This document shows, piece after piece, positions 20,041-22,111 of a stretch of DNA of 22,111 nucleotides (the stretch's first letter is position 1; the number at the start of each line of letters is the position of its first letter). Under the pieces are notes generated by a model, which was not told where the DNA came from, made no database searches, and worked only from the letters and a program-made list of their open reading frames with translations. The position numbers and the translations under genes are program-made. This DNA comes from Microthyrium microscopicum (Eukaryota). The DNA is taken from contig MU004248.1 of assembly GCA_010405405.1 (NCBI GenBank), positions 124,001-146,111 on the forward strand, read 5' to 3'.

Positions 20041-22111
20041 CGAAACATTTGGTTGAAGCTTCTTACTGAAGGTTCCCGCGGAAGCTCCCCAATAAATTTC
20101 AGCTGCATGCCCACAACATTCGTCGTCAACAGCGGATGCAAGTTCCAATATGAGCTTTTGCATAACCCTATATCGTGGTATTTGTGTGTGTACATAGTAC
20201 GGAGAATGGAGTATAAACCTGGACATTCTGCGTTTGGGTGAATCCATTGTCGAATGCCATACGGAGTAACACCAAGTTCGAGTGGCCATGGGATTGCTGT
20301 AATCTGTATTCCGTACTCCGCCAGACGTTACAACATATCGAAAGTCAGTAGGTGGCCAAACCTATAGGTTGAAGTTCCCATAGTACTTTAGTAGTGCAGC
20401 ATCTTCTGCTCGGTTCACCTCATTGGTCCGAGTTGCGCATCAAACAGATCGGCAGTGTATTGAGGGTGCAGCCTCGAATGATGTTTATTGTAGTGTTTGA
20501 ACGCAGAAAATCGAGCCGTCCATAAGCAGTTGTGAATTGCTCCATGTCAGCTTATCAGGCGAGATTATAGAAAACCCGATAGAATGCTTACAGATGAAGT
20601 CTCAATCAAGTGCGGCCAGAGAGATATCCCAATCGTTCCTTTAATGAAGTTTTTATATCTCGCCGCAAGTTAGATATTCGCCCACCAAATAGTTGACGTA
20701 AATTGATGGTGTCCTGTCTCGTACTGAGCTATTCCCATAATGGTATAAAGCTGCTCAGGCAATCTTCTCGGGTGTGCAACCATACACCATACGATATTTG
20801 ACAACAGTTCTATAGGTTTACACATATGGCACTTCTGGTCTTTCTTTTCGAGTACGCAACCATGCACGATAAGACATCATTTCTAGAGATTTACAGCATC
20901 TGGCACTTATGGTTGTCTGAGTGCGAACTTGCGACCACACTGCTTGAGGAGGGTAAGAATACAATACCGGGTGCAGTTGTCATAGATACAAATCTATCTG
21001 TACTAAGGAGTACATATTTTCTAGCAGTTCGTAGTCTGATTTATCCATGTATGAGCTCCAACATATCAACGACGAGCACGAACAGATAGAAAATCGATCA
21101 AGCCACAGGTTTAACACATTTTGCCCTCTGGTCGTGGTTGAATCGCTGGATATGGGACATGTTCAATCAAAGAGGCCATGACCTGGTGCTATCCATAGTA
21201 CCGCCCGTACCTGCTCCATGGGCGGGTAGTTGAACTCGTCAGCTTCTATAAGTAGGATGGAATGCATTGATGGAAAGATTTGCCCCCAGACTGCCACTTC
21301 GTAAAAAAACGTACCAAATGGAAAGACTGAGCCTGGATCCCAGAACTGAACTAAGAGAAGCTCCAAACAGCAAAGATGTAAAGCAAAAAGAGCAACTTGG
21401 TAGAGATGTTGGGTGTTTGATTGCTGTTGGCTGGTCGAGTAATTGTATAGCAAGGGATGAGTTGACAGTATTGCAATGTGAAGAATACGTATCGGTCAAT
21501 AGCGTGAAGTAAACTTAGATACTAGCAGTGCAATCATACTCGGGACGGGCTGATTGCTGGATACAATATAGAGAGATGAAGGCAGCCTTTTCAGCGGAAT
21601 ATCCATTGAAGGGTATACGCCCTCAGAAATGCTAGTGCAGAGAGAGCTTGCTGAGCAACTGTATGAATTTCATAGAGACAGCGAAGTTTTATCGAAGAAG
21701 ACGACAAGACATGTGAGAGATGGTCGTTGGAACACCAAATGCAAAGGTGGTGGTGATATGGAGTGGAATATGCATAGAATTCATAGGGGTGGTTTGATGA
21801 AATGGGGTGTTGATGGGGCAAGATGTGTAGCAATCAGGCTAGTGGAACAGGTTTCAGCTTAAATCCGACAGAGTGGTTATGTCCGATGGCTGCGGAGCAA
21901 GTTTGTGTGGCAAGTGGTGCAGTGGACCAAGACTTTTGTAGGTCAGCCCCAGCTAAGCCAACAACAGGGCATGTGGGGGGAGAATCATTTTTTGCCTATT
22001 TCATGGAAAAAGGAAAAATATTAGAAGATCACCAAAAGGGACAAAGGTTTGGTAGTAGAATATGAGATGGATTTTTCACTAAGTCCTCGATCTGAAGATC
22101 TGGGGGCTGTC

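Noticed and set aside
20150..20197. 15-aa ORF MSFCITLYRGICVCT* with a CaaX-like end
   Set aside because: Very short, ends in a GT dinucleotide run, and shows how easily such endings arise by chance.
21230..21243. CTGACGAG on the minus strand resembling a hammerhead ribozyme core
   Set aside because: No stem II followed by GAAA and no stem III. Better explained as a branch-site-like GCTGAC.
19573..22065. Multiple 60-96 aa ORFs in the terminal region
   Set aside because: No domain resemblance, many have non-ATG starts, and no consistent exon chain could be built.

Overview
Genomic DNA of a filamentous ascomycete (short GT-AG introns, RIP signature), split into two compartments. Bases 1-8058 are an AT-rich, heavily RIP-mutated nest of retroelements. 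Reversing C>T/G>A by eye recovers a Gypsy gag fragment, a near full-length Tad-clade LINE (zinc-knuckle ORF1; endonuclease-RT-CCHC ORF2 still in one frame) and the 3' end of a chromovirus (GPF motif, chromodomain, PPT, ~156 bp LTR). The LTR ends one base before an intron of an alpha/beta-hydrolase-like gene, of which only the last exon is in view. Bases 8059-22111 have normal GC and encode a LYAR-type zinc-finger nucleolar protein, an Erv2 sulfhydryl oxidase, a small Cys-rich secreted protein, a 4CL-like acyl-CoA ligase (PTS1) divergently paired with a hotdog thioesterase (PTS1-like) across a promoter with two CCTCGG (FarA/Ctf1-type) sites, and COQ10. The final 2.7 kb has no convincing gene but carries a dense array of a 14-bp motif and several RNA-structure signals. 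The best leads are the ligase-thioesterase-COQ10 microcluster and this non-coding region. All calls are manual; no searches or folding programs were run.
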